Assembly: GCA_000004985.1 (NCBI GenBank)
Contig: GG738847.1
Length of the DNA: 64,000 nucleotides
From: Naegleria gruberi
Lineage: Eukaryota
Strand: one strand, 5' to 3'
In this document: positions 11,099-23,900 of the stretch, in pieces
Layout: every line of letters begins with the position of its first letter
Position numbering within the stretch: position 1 is the first letter of the stretch
Translations under genes and position numbers: made by a program
The notes under the pieces: model-generated
Databases searched by the model: none
What the model was told of the DNA's origin: nothing
What the model saw: the letters and a program-made list of their open reading frames with translations, nothing else

Positions 11099-11694
11099 GT
11101 GCTCTCACTTAATTGACTCAATTATAAGAATATCTATGCTTTCTGATTCCAATTGTTGTGCTGTAACAGATTTATTACTAGTACCATAAGAATCGAATAG
11201 ATCTAATTATTTGTTTAATAATCAATGTTGAGAAAGAATAAGAGAATTGTTGAAGGGACCACAGAGAAAAAGTCTTGAAACCCGCTTTTGCTCACCTTCC
11301 TCATTGTAAAGTAGGAACGTTTTTTCACCGCCAAACCTTTCGTCTTGCCTTTTCGAATAAACTGTACACACAACTCTACAGAAAAAAAATATCAAACCAC
11401 CAACCTCCTTTTTACTGTCAAACGTCATCACAACAACTACAGCTTCATCTACAGTCGCGTTACACAATTAGTATGTAAAATTTCTATTTAATATTAAACA
11501 AAAATCATTAATCCACTTTCGAATAATTATTTCTTTCATCATCCGAACAAAATGTCCATCACCAACGACTATGATTAATCAATATATCAAATTCATGTCT
11601 TCCTTCTTCCTCTCTATGGACAACAAACCACAACAACACTAACAACATCATTCACCATCATCAATCCGAAACTAGACTAAATTCCTTTGACAAT

Positions 11695-14600
11695 ATGCTA
11701 CCAACAGCAGCTGCTTCCCACAATAACTCTGGTGCAAGCAATAACTCCTCCTCCAACAACAATAATAACACAAATGGTTCCAATAGTCCCATGATTTCAT
11801 CATCATTACCCGTTCGTCACGTCCACAATGGTTTACCAGCTCGACATTTGACTATGGGTACTGGTGCTACTACTACTAACACTTCCACCACAACCAACAA
11901 CAACACCACCACAAGTAGTGCTACTGGTAGTGGTGGTAGTGGCAGCAGTGTCATTGGTGGTGGTAGTGGTAGTGGAACAATGAATCAATCCACAACAGCT
12001 GTTCCTCAATATCAACAATATTTCACAATGTTACAATCGATGGCTTCAAATTCTTCATCTTCTGCTGGACTTCCCAATTTACCATCTACAAGTTCAATAA
12101 TGGCCATGCATGGAATTCCATCCTCGAATAGTTCAATCATGAGAAAAACTTCATTTTCTGCAATTTTGGCTGGAAATGCTCCTAAAAGTGTGAATTTACA
12201 AACCTTGTCAAGTCAAATTGCAACTCCTCAATCAACAATTCAACCAAAGAAACATAATTCACCTCCTTCTTCGACTTCTACTGCCAATAATAATCAAATG
12301 TCACCTGCTTTGGGTGTCATTTCAACACAAAGTGCACAAAATAGTTCAGAATTAGTTGCTTCTGGAACTGTTCCTTCAAATTTATTGGAATCCGCATTGA
12401 ATAATGTTTCTAATAATGGTAGTGTTGGAATGGTTGGAATGGATCACCAAGATGTTTCAAATGGTTCAAATGGTGGAGTTTCCAATGCACTGAAACAAAT
12501 ACCAGAGAATATGAGACCTGTACCAGTTAGTAATTTAGAAAGTCAACAGGCCTCTCCTGCAGTTTCCACTCCAAAACCAAGAAAACCAAGAAAGAAGAAG
12601 GGAGAAGAAACTCCCTCCTCACTCAGCACTACACCAAATAGCAGCAGTGGAACAACTGATAGTACTACTGTCTCCTCTCCACAGACTGCCGATGAAGACA
12701 GTTCCCTTACACCCAACACTGAGAAATTATCCAAAGGAAGAAGCAAAACCTGCAAACGATGGACAGAAGAACAGAACAGACTCCTCAAGGAAGCAGTCAT
12801 TAAATATGGACCTAGAAATTGGAAAAAGATTGCTGGTGAAATTTGTGGAGGAATTTTCACAGCAGATCAATGTAACCAGCATTGGCATCGTGTTCTACAT
12901 GTAAGTTTTTTCTAAAAAGAAAGTTTTCAAATTTAATCTAATCATACATTGTAAACAACTTCATATAATTTACTTGTAATTTAATGCAATTTAAAACAGC
13001 CACGTATTATTAAGGGTGAATGGACTCCAGAAGAAGACAATCTCCTAATTGAAAAAGTTGAGGAATTTGGTGAATCAAGTTGGACCAAAGTTGCTGAATT
13101 TCTCGCTGGTAGAACCGATATTCAATGTAGACATCGTTACTTTCAAAAGAAGAAGGAGAATGATACTGGTAGAAGAAAGAGTGTTACTTCCATTTCCTCA
13201 CCATTCATGGGAGGATCTACAAGTTCACCAAGTTTGGGACAAAGCTCAGTTGCCTACGATCTCTCTCCAATGCTTGGCTCCTCTGTAGGTAACACTGCTG
13301 AATCTACTCAGGCCATTCTCAATAATGCACTCATGAGTGGTGTCAATTTCCCATCTCCATCGTTGGGTATTTCTCCAAGTTCAATCTTGACTGGTGGTTC
13401 AACAAATACCTCAAATTTTGTACATCAACATCGTGTAGTTCCTCCACTCTTTTCTGCTCCATCCACTGTTCCACTCCAGGAGAGATTGAAAGGAGATTCA
13501 GTTGTGTTGGGCTCATCGAGCACTCCAACAATGAGTTCATCTAGCTCACCATTCCTCTCATCAAATTTGAATGAAATTCCACCCTTCCCTGAGAGTAAAA
13601 AGAAGCAGAATCAATACTTTTATGTTGAAAAGAATGGATTGGACGAGAGTGATTTCACACCCCCATTAGCTACCAGTTCAACATCTCCAGTGTTGGCCAG
13701 TTCTGTAACCATAGATTCTACTCCATCGATGGACAAGAAGGAACATGTCAAATCAAGTTCCACCTCTAATATTAACGAAAATTTATTGTTGTGTGATGAA
13801 GAAGATTTGTCAACTCCAAATATTGAAAAGGATTTGGATTCAATTAAGAAGAAGACAACAACAGCAAGCAATACTCCACTCATGAAGAGTTCATCATCAA
13901 ATATGATGATTACCGATGATGATGACGACATGGATGAAGATGAAGAAGAAGCTCAATTGACCATTGATGAAATGGACACAGATAAGGCCAGTATTCCACA
14001 ATCCAAGCCATTATCACTACCTTCTCACCACCACGCCCAACACTCTGCTTCAACAAGTACTCCTGATGTAATGAAGAAGGAAATTCCAGAATCTCCACAG
14101 CTAATGAACTCTCCAGCCATTGTCGGCGCCTCTCCATCTGTAGCCAATGAAAAACCAAAGAAACGTTCCAGTGCATTGAATAGAATGAGAGCGAATATCA
14201 ATGTTTGGGTACCATTCAGTGAGAGTGAGGAAATTGTTTTGAGAAGAGAAATTTCCAAACAATTGAACCAACATTCAGGTTCTTCCTCCTCTGCTTCTTC
14301 AGCTAATACTCCAGTTTTGACAAGTGGCAATATACTTTCTACTGTTGATCCAAATGCTCCAAAACCAATTCAAGTCATTTCCTTCTCGAACCATAATGAG
14401 GATTTCTTAGATCGAATTGATTTTGTAACTATTCTAAGGGAGAATACTTCATCTTTCCATCCATTGAGAACTCCAGTTTCACTTAAAGTTCACTCTCAAG
14501 CTTTGAGACAAGAATTGGGAGATTCAGTTTTAATTGACGAAAATTTCAAAGGAGAAACACCTCGTTCACTCTATGAAAAGAGTAATTCGCATTCGTGGCT

Positions 14601-14949
14601 TGCATCCAGTAAGAATGCAAGAACTAGCAACAGTGGAACAAATGCAAGTGGAAGCACAAATGAAACAAAGCCAAGAAGAAGAAAGAATCATATTGATGCT
14701 AGTGGAGATAATCTTACAGGTAGCTCAGCATCATCTGGAAAACCACCAGTTCCTGGAAGAAAGAGAAAGCAAAATGTTCCAATTTCAAATTCACCTGCAA
14801 TGGCCATGCAAGCAAATAACAATGGTGCTGACTCATCTTCTGTTTTGGAACCTTCTCAGAAAAAGACTAAAGTTGACGAACCTCCACAAGCTGCCAATTC
14901 GACATTCCTTGTTTTATTACTGGGTAAAGGGAGGACCAAAAGAAACTAG
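11695..14949 (+). CDS. R2R3-type Myb DNA-binding transcription factor with long N/T/S-rich low-complexity regions. It has two exons (11695-12900 and 13000-14949). A coding-like C-terminal extension to 15154 sits in another frame.
   Basis: Two Myb repeats are split by a GTAAGT...AG intron: KRWTEEQNRLLKEAVIKYGPRNWKKIAGEI...CNQHWHRVLH | PRIIKGEWTPEEDNLLIEKVEEFGESSWTKVAEFLAGRTDIQCRHRYF. Confidence 0.8.
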
Positions 14950-16245
14950 ACAAATTCAACCATCCAAGATGTGTCTTCCTTTGGACACAACCTTATTTGG
15001 ATTAGTTGCAAAAATCAGAGAGGAATTATCACTCGATTATGATCCTCAATTGATTTGTGATTTTATGCCAGTGAGGAATTATGGTCAAACTTTACAGGAA
15101 TTAATGGAAGAGAATGAAATTAAGATTAATGAATTGTTGATTCAATATAAATAAATTGATAAGTTAATTCTACCATTCAAATTAAGAAGAGAAATTGTAT
15201 TATTGCAAAGAAGTGTTCATAGTACTGGTGTTCAAGCCAGTCATTACTAGAGCAACGACCATCAAATCCTAAGGATTCTGAGATATTACATTTGTCACAA
15301 ATACTGTCATTACCTAGTAAAATTGAGTTGTGGAGATTAAAATAGAGGAGTCTTTTCTGATAATAATACAAGAGTTTCTCCAAGTGCCATTATCTAATTG
15401 GCCCAACTCAGTATGTAGTTTTTCTGGATCGCTGAGTTTCAATGATAGCCTTTCTAAGGTTGGAGACAGGTTTGTGATACACAAGAAGACCCATTCATTA
15501 TCTGTGGATTGAAGTAATATTTCAGATCTTTCATTGTAGTGGCAGCATTTTTCATCAGTTAATATGTAGTTTCACCCTTTTGAGCAAGTCGATGCGACTT
15601 TTTGGGTAATAGGAGAGGTAGAATTGACAAACCTACAGACACGTGGAAAGGATGAAAGCCAAGACACCTTGAGATTTATCACACTTAGATAACGGCTTTA
15701 GAGAGCCTGTTGTCACATCCAATTCTTTTCTTATTACTAAATAATGAATTTCCACAAAAACTATTATGAAAAGAAAACAATATTGATGATGGTTCAATAA
15801 TCGGATGATGATTTGTATTTTCCAACCTTCCATAGTAGTAAATTACTATTATTACTATCCATATTCACAACATGTTGAGGTTTGAAATTCTTGAAGTCTC
15901 TCTTTTCCTGTGTGGATTTGCAATTCTCCAAATACTAATTTCAAAAGCACCGAAAAGTTTTGAAACTTTCTAGGATGATACAATCATGATTTAAAACATG
16001 ATGTTGCCAATGATGTTCTTGTTGAATGTTATCCTTCATGATGAAAATATCTATTTAATAAATTGATGATGAAATTATTCATGGATGTAAAACATTTAAT
16101 CATTAATCAAAATATAATGTAATAATATATGGTGTGTTCATGATAATGATGGAGTTTTCTCCCAATTATAAACTGATGGTCATTCCGTATTGGTGCATTT
16201 TCCGATCATTTTTTTCTATTAAACTTTATTGTTAATTTATATTTT

Positions 16246-16266
16246 AATAATAATAATAATAATAGT
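16246..16266. repeat. (TAA)n microsatellite of about 7 units.
   Basis: The sequence taataataataataataatag is directly visible. Confidence 0.9.
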
Positions 16267-19200
16267 AAACAAATGCTACATTCATATGAAGAGGCAAGTT
16301 ATAACCCAATCACATATAACAAACTTTCATTCAATTGAATAATGTTTTTTTAAAATGAAATTGCAACTATTTTGCATTTTCAAGATTGTTAATAACTTTC
16401 ATTAACTTTCGAATATATTGAATTAAGGTTGAATTAAAAGAGAATTATGATGAATTTAAATTTTATACAATGATCATATTGATTGTTGACTTTTGGTGCA
16501 GCATAACGAATTTGGAAAGAAATAGTTGCAGTATCGTGTCCTTTTTGAATGCATTTTTACCTTCCTCATTCTGCTTGTTGAATTCTGGATTAGTCTGATA
16601 TCGTCCATTTAATTAGAAAGGAAGGTGAAACTCTTAGCAAGCCCAAATATAAGTCATTCACTTATATCATTGATTGTACTTTGAAGTAGCAATAGATTTT
16701 ATACAATGATTCGAAAACGTTAAGAGTTTCAATTCGAATATTGTAAAAGTTGAAGCACTAATTATCAACATTCATGGTATGGTTCAATTATAGTTATTCC
16801 TCCTGAGATTCAAAAAAGTTTATCAATTCAATGATTGTAAACAAGCATTACTGCGAATTATTAGAAACATTTCTAATAATTTTCACGTTGTAAACTTGTG
16901 TGTTGACCATTTCACTCTTGAATATTACAAAACAGTCTAGCTGACCGGTAGGGAGGTTTAAATTCAAAAATGGTCGGTTTCCTCACATGGGAAGTGAAAT
17001 CTTTTGAATTCGAATGTCACCTCTGAATGCTAAACATTTTATACAATCAAATAATACTGTAAATTGTTTACAAAATATTGAATGATGGACAGTTGATATT
17101 ATTGTTGTGTTGATGGATCGAATATTGTGTTAGATTACGGTATGGCTAATGACCATTTCTTCTTGAAAAATATTCGAATCTCTCAAACATGTCCACTTTC
17201 AAATAGCCGTTCAATATTAAATATTCAATTATAATAATATTCAATTGTGCATGAACAGTATTGCCACTTCATTATGCTGTAGAATACACTTCATTAACAT
17301 TTTAATATTTCTTTCTTCCAAATGCAATGTATAGTATTTAACCGAAATAGCTCGCTCTCTATCCAACACAATCCAAGAAACAATGATGTTGGAACTGAAG
17401 GAGCACTTCTATCACTGACTCAACTCAATGAACTGTTCATTGCCAACCATACAAAGCATTCAGTGAAAAACAGTTCAAAAGAGAAAACGTGTTGATCTAA
17501 GATTAGATATCAAGTTTGAAAGTTTATAACACGTTTTTCACGTGTTTTTCATTGTTGGTGAGTGGTATGATATTTGATATTTGATTTTGAAATGAACTTG
17601 TTTTAATCACATCCACAGGGGATATTTAAAATGGATCTTTGTATGGAGGTAGAAGCGCTAAGAAGGGGTGATAAAATACCGTTTTGCAACATCCAATAAT
17701 TGTTATTTTGTAAAATGTCAAGTCAACTGGCAAAACACCTTTTCGGGTAGTGGTTAACAATTTGGATGATTTAATCACATTGTAATAACGTGCATAAAGA
17801 TCTCCTCCTTTACATGGCCAATTCAGAAATACCTCACCATTTCATTGATTAGAATAACCAACTCTTATTGAGATAAGAGCACATTCAACAATTGGACTAA
17901 TCTCTCTTACTCCTACTACCATCTCGATTAGTTGTTTTTGAATATTAATATCCAATATCCATAAGTTATAAATTTAACAATTGATTTCCAATGTAATAAT
18001 ATTAAACATCTGACCAAGTATACAGCAAGAGAATCACCCATCTCTCTTGATGTTACCATTTAACAATTTGATGTGATGATACCAAATTAATAATATTTAC
18101 AATTGTAATACTTGTTGTATTGAAACGAGCACATTATTTACGATACCGATCCAACCATTGATGTTAGAGTTGAATAAGGTCTTTGAACAAACACTTTTTG
18201 CTGTAATCAAACCCTTGGATCCAAATGGAAGAATGGAACAGTGGCAAAATAAGGAAGAGGGTCTCCTTAAACCTTTTCGCCGTTTTTTTTCGTGAATCTT
18301 TTTCGATCCCTTATTTGCGTGTTTTGTATGAAACTTACAGCCCCTTAATATCGAAGGTATTCATTCTCTCGAGTTGTATATCTCAAATATTTCCTCAAAA
18401 GAAACCGAGTGAGTGACAATATAGAGGTAAAATTGTTAAGTTCATTTCCAAAATATGTTATTCATGAAAACAATGAGAAATATTATTATTGAATAATCCA
18501 TTCAATAATATTTAATGTGAATATTGAGAAGTAATTTCCAACACGTTATTGTTGGAATAATCTATTCCTTAAAAAATTTGGAATATTGAGCAGGTGATGG
18601 CAAATGATCGCTTGCCTTTTATTCCAGATTCTTAACACATTTCCCTCATTGTGTTGTCATTCCCAGTAAGGGACTTTCTACTCTTTGGCATTGTATTGAC
18701 AAATTGACGTTTGGCCAATCGACAATCAAATACCAATATTCGCATTCGACACCTGCTTTGGTCAATTGATGGATGGCGGGAGAAGTCTATCACAAAATAT
18801 TTTGCTTTAAAGCAGCAATAGCAAGTCACATTATGGGATCAAAAAGACGCAACGTGAAGGTACTAAATTTTCTTGGTCGCACCGTATTGATCACACAATG
18901 ACGCACAAGCAAAAAACCATTATGAGAACGAGTTTAGCAAATGGAGGTTGTGCTGAAAAGTTTCGCGGGTCTTTACCACTGCCAATTTTCGACTTTAAAA
19001 AAACCACCAACACCAAACTCACTTCTCCATCCACCACATTTCTTTGTTGTGCACAACCGAATAATTATTGAGAGCTAACATCTACATTGATCATCATCTC
19101 TCTCTGTTCTAGTAGTACAATAAGAAAAATTTTGATTCTCTCCCTCAACAACTCTAGTCGACTCCACCTGATAGATTCAACAACGTGTATTGTCAAGTAC

Positions 19201-19355
19201 CCATCACGAAGTTTTTTCAATTCTATCAAACTAACACAACGGCCAACAACCATAGACGTCCATCATTGAGAGTTTTTATCAAACATCAATACCGATACTA
19301 GTATCTATTGAAAACGTACTATTCATTTTCCAATCATCTCTATAGAAAGAAAACA

Positions 19356-20774
19356 ATGACACACAATAATACTGTTGTACAATCAACAAGTACCACTACT
19401 ACTAATACTACTACTTCTAGTAATTCTAAACACTATGAAGGCGAATTAATTAATACAAGATCAAGAGCTTCTTCTAATGTAAGAAACTCTGAGCGATCAC
19501 GATCTGTTAGTAATGCAAGTGTGTCGAGCACTACAATTTCCTATCCAAATCAAACTAGTAATAATAATGAACACCAATACGAAGCTCCTGTATCATCATC
19601 AACCAATCTAACTCAACCTGAATCCCTCCACCACCACCAACAACAAACTGTATCACCACCATCTAGAGCATGCCAACCAACCCTTTCCAATACAACATCT
19701 TCTAACGTCCAACAACTTAATTTAATGCATCCTACTCCTCAACAACGATTGACGATAGAAAGACTCTTACAAATACCACCAGAATCAGTACAATCACGTA
19801 ATCCAAAACTCTATGATTTACTAGTACAATTAAGAAGACAATATATGTGGCAAGCTGTTACTACTCCAATAACAACAACAACAACAACAGCTGCTGTAGA
19901 CAAGTCATCCACTACTAATGCACATCCTTTAGAGAAGATGAAACAAGAAGATGCAATGGTCTTCTCTTCGCATATTGATGAAATTTGTGCTTGTGTCAAT
20001 CAGCTCTTAGAAGATTTAGATGTTGAGGAGTATGGTTTGGGACAAAACCTAGGCTATAAGGCTGTTTGGGTACAAGAAGAAGAATTAAAGGCAAAAGCTA
20101 AACGTGAAGTACTTGCAGTACCTGAAGATCAAATGCAAGACGAAGATTGCGAAGAAGAGTGCGAAGAGGAAGAATTTGAAGAAGAGGTTGAAGAATCTCT
20201 TGATCAAACTCCTCAACCTTCAGCATCCACTGCTCCAATTCTTTCCAACAATGATGATGGTTGTGATGAAGATGATTCTTGTCCATCATTGATGGAAGAT
20301 GAGGATGAAGAAGAAGAATCTTCTTGTGATGCTGAAGAAACAACACAAGCAACTGTCAATGCTCAATCACAAGATGGATCTAGTACCAAACTCCAAGAAT
20401 TCTTTAGACAGTTAGAAAATGTTGAACCAATTCCAAACGGTAAATTATCCTTTTTCCAAAACCACCATTTGGTAGTTGGAAAGTTTGACAAGAAGTTGCT
20501 CGTTGAGAACAATGTTCTGTCTTGTACTGTAATGAAGAAGAGTACCCTCAATGTTGTAGTTCATAGAAGATGTACTCGTCTGAAGAAGGACAATGACAGA
20601 TTCCCATTCGATGCAACTTCTGGAAACTATCATGACAGAAGAATACTCAAGAAACAATCTCTTGCAAAATCAGTTGTAAGATTTGCCAAAGTTAAGGTTG
20701 ATTTTGGACAGATTGTTGAAGAAGTTATTCGTAAATCAACCAGCCCTGTTTGTGACGAAAACGATAAAAAATAA
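19356..20774 (+). CDS. Hypothetical nuclear-type protein. It has poly-T/N tracts, a long acidic D/E block and a conserved-looking basic C-terminal domain of unknown function.
   Basis: ATG at 19356 (MTHNNTVVQST...). An acidic run EDCEEECEEEEFEEEVEE precedes the C-terminus ...LSFFQNHHLVVGKFDKKLLVENNVLSCTVMKKSTLNVVVHRRCTRLKKDNDRFPFD.... Confidence 0.5.
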   Translation: MTHNNTVVQSTSTTTTNTTTSSNSKHYEGELINTRSRASSNVRNSERSRSVSNASVSSTTISYPNQTSNNNEHQYEAPVSSSTNLTQPESLHHHQQQTVSPPSRACQPTLSNTTSSNVQQLNLMHPTPQQRLTIERLLQIPPESVQSRNPKLYDLLVQLRRQYMWQAVTTPITTTTTTAAVDKSSTTNAHPLEKMKQEDAMVFSSHIDEICACVNQLLEDLDVEEYGLGQNLGYKAVWVQEEELKAKAKREVLAVPEDQMQDEDCEEECEEEEFEEEVEESLDQTPQPSASTAPILSNNDDGCDEDDSCPSLMEDEDEEEESSCDAEETTQATVNAQSQDGSSTKLQEFFRQLENVEPIPNGKLSFFQNHHLVVGKFDKKLLVENNVLSCTVMKKSTLNVVVHRRCTRLKKDNDRFPFDATSGNYHDRRILKKQSLAKSVVRFAKVKVDFGQIVEEVIRKSTSPVCDENDKK

Positions 20775-20938
20775 AAAAACCAAAAAAAATTAAATAATTA
20801 ATTGAATTTTTAGTTTTATTAAATTTGATAATACAAAAGTGGTTGATAATCTTTGCATTCTTTAATCGTTAATCAATTTAGATTGATTTGGCTTTCAATA
20901 TGTTTATTTCAAATAACATTTGAAGTTAATTAATGGAT

Positions 20939-23900
20939 TTACTGCATGTAACAACATGAAAAACAGCCAAAGTTTGATGTGTTACCATAGAGTCTATTTC
21001 TCTCAATGAAAGCTTGTGTCCTCTCAAACAGTTGAATGTATTCCTCTACCAGTGGAGCTGGATCGTTCGTGAGCTTGTAATTCAGATACCATTCAGAATA
21101 GCCAATAATATCTGAGCCGTGCATGGAAGATTTCATGCTAGAATTTGGATTTTTGGGAATTATCATTGCACTATTGTTTAGGATGAGTTCAAGTGCTTTC
21201 GAGGCATTGTCAAGAATATTTGGTAATAATGAACTATAACCAGTTTGCTTTTCAACTAGCTCACTCTTCATGAGAATCAACTTGAGAATTTTACAATCAA
21301 TCAAAACATTTGAATGATTAATTAGTAAATCACAAATTTCATATAAACTCTCAGGTCTGTCGATAAAATCTTTGACAAACACATGCGTAATTAAATTGAC
21401 ACCAATATTCAAATCTCTATCAATTTTTTGCAAGTTGAATTTCTTGTCTTGTTCTCTAAATCTTGTGCATAATAATTTGTAAATTTGCAAAATGTCAAGA
21501 GAGTAGACAGGTTTTGGTTCATTATTCCTAATTTCAATCTTGCTAATAATCTTGAGAAAATTGTCCTTATTTTTGAAACTTCCAGAGCTTCTAATGAGAT
21601 TCCTACCGGTACTAATTGATGATTTCCAAGCTTCCTCTATTGATTTGAATGAATTTTCATTCTCAAAGTCTGCTAGAGGGTCCATATTAAAGAAGGTAAA
21701 TAAACGATCAAGAATAATTGTTGGATTTTGAGTAAGTAGGAATTCTGCAAAGTGTTTGCTATGGAAACATCTGCTCACAAATTTTGGATCAATCTTGTTC
21801 ATTTTTTTAGCATAATCCAAGAAAGGTGCCATATTAATATTCTCAAGAAGGAAGAATAAAATCTCTTTTCTATTCATATCAATAGAAAACTTATCAATTA
21901 GGTAATCAAAGAATGAAAGAGCTACAGTATTTTCACCATTATTTTGAAAGCATGCCTTAATAATAGAAATATGAGGGTCAATAATACTTTCAGTTGTTGT
22001 AGATGTCAATTTCTTAAAATGAGAAGCTATTTGCTTATTATCAATTCCGTAATGAGTTTGCATAATATCAAAGAGCATATCTACAATATGTCTATAATCT
22101 CCTTCTTCCATTGCTGCAGAAGGTATTATCTTGTTGATCACGAAATGGAGAAAATCACTCTCAGCACTCTTGTGTTTGATTTTTCCTCTTCCATGGTCTA
22201 CCAGTTTGGTTAAACGAGGAGTGAGCTGCGTTTCATAATCGAAAAACTTTTCCTTTGCCTTCTCAAGTATGAGAACGAGAAGTTTGTTCTTACCAATACG
22301 GGCAAAGGAATCCATAAAGAGTGATAATACATCAAAACTAATTTCAGGATTCAATCTATCCACAACAAGTGTAAAGTATTTGGTAATTAGTTTGTCAGCT
22401 AAAAATTGAGCCTCAGTGCTATTTGAACATTTTGCAGTTTCTGAAGGCATGATTTTCCTCAACTCTCCATAAAACTCAGGATAATCAATGGGATTTGTAA
22501 TCAAGTTGGTCTTTAGTGCTTTAAGACCCATCAAGAATAGAGAAAAGAATTGAACTGAAATATGTTGGAATAACTCGGTCATGAATCGATTCTTTTCAGA
22601 GACTTCAAGCTTTCCAACAATAATACTCTTGGCAGAGGATAAAAATTTAGCCACAGGGGAATACAATTGAGGGAAGAAAAAGTAGGTCATTCTGGATATG
22701 CTATACTCCTTATCCACAAGACATTTAACCAATTGAACAGGTTGCAAAATTTTAAGTCCAATCTGAATTCTTGATCTTGTTTCATCTTTCACCAATTCTA
22801 AATAGATTTGCTTGGATGATAATTCCTCAACTTGTTCTTGTTTTGGAGGTTTGCTCTTCTTAACAGGTGCCTTTTTCATATCAAAGAGAGAGGCTGTTGA
22901 ATGGGCGTGTTTTCGAGGAGACATCAAGTTTGGAATAGCAGTGCTGGATGGAGGGCTAGTTGGATTTTGAAAACCAAATCCAACAAAGTTTGATAAGTCG
23001 TCAAATCTGGGAGATGTGAGTCTATCAGTAGAGCTGGATGTTCTTCTTCTGGTTTCCAAATTTTCAAACTGTTTAAAGTTGGCAATTGTTCCTCTTCTCA
23101 CATGAATAATTTCAGGTTCAGCTGTTGGTATAAAATTAATTGGCTTGGCTGTTGTCAACTCTTTTTGGAGGGCTTTTAAAAATTTGTATCTCTTGTTCAA
23201 TAATCTGTACTTGATGGATATACCTTCCTTCTTCTTTGGTTGGAGACCAGATTTTGGATGACTCTCACTAAAACCATAATATGCTCCAACAGTATCCCAA
23301 TAACTCTTGATAAGATTTTCTAAGTAATTCAAATACATGGCTCTCCAAACATTGTCATCATCAAGGAAAGAATGCCATGTTGAACAGACTTCTCTCAATA
23401 TAAAGAATTGATTTCCTCCTTTGCAGAATGAACAAATTAATAGGAGAGTATCTGCACAGAAAAGGGATTCGAGTTTCTTAATTGGTTCTTTTGGTGAGTT
23501 GTGCCTTGAACTGTTTGGTATTACTACAGTGGGTGTTGGTGGAGATAAAGTAAAGATATCATCTTGGGTCAAGTTGGCAGGTTGTGTCTGTAACTTTTTG
23601 TTGTGCTTTGGAGAGTTTAGGAATTCTGGTTTGTCTGGTAGGGATAATTTTCTTTTTGGAGCTTCTTCTTGTTTAATATTGTCAAAAATGGTTTTCTTCT
23701 CACCTCTGTGAGTTCTAGAACTCTTTGGACCTTCAAACAATGTTGGCACAATTTGTGAAAAATTCAAGAGGGAAACTTTTGGAGATTTTGTCTTGTCTTC
23801 TGAAAATGGTGAAGAGGGTGAAAAAACCATTGGTGAAGCATCAGAATATTGAGAGGTCATATCATTTGCAGAGCTATAAAATCTTTGTCTATTTGTTGCT

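Noticed and set aside
14534-15154. 206-aa plus-strand ORF as an independent gene
   Set aside because: Most of it overlaps the Myb coding region out of frame, with odd composition. Only the last about 68 codons, after the Myb stop, look coding. It is treated as a possible C-terminal extension by frameshift, not as a separate gene.
15155-19300. Transposable element or tRNA genes in the ORF-free block
   Set aside because: There are no terminal inverted or long terminal repeats, no RT, transposase or integrase ORF fragments, and no target-site duplications. I found no GGTTCGAATCC-type B box and no A box. The GAATTCGAATG at about 16995 lacks the surrounding cloverleaf complementarity.
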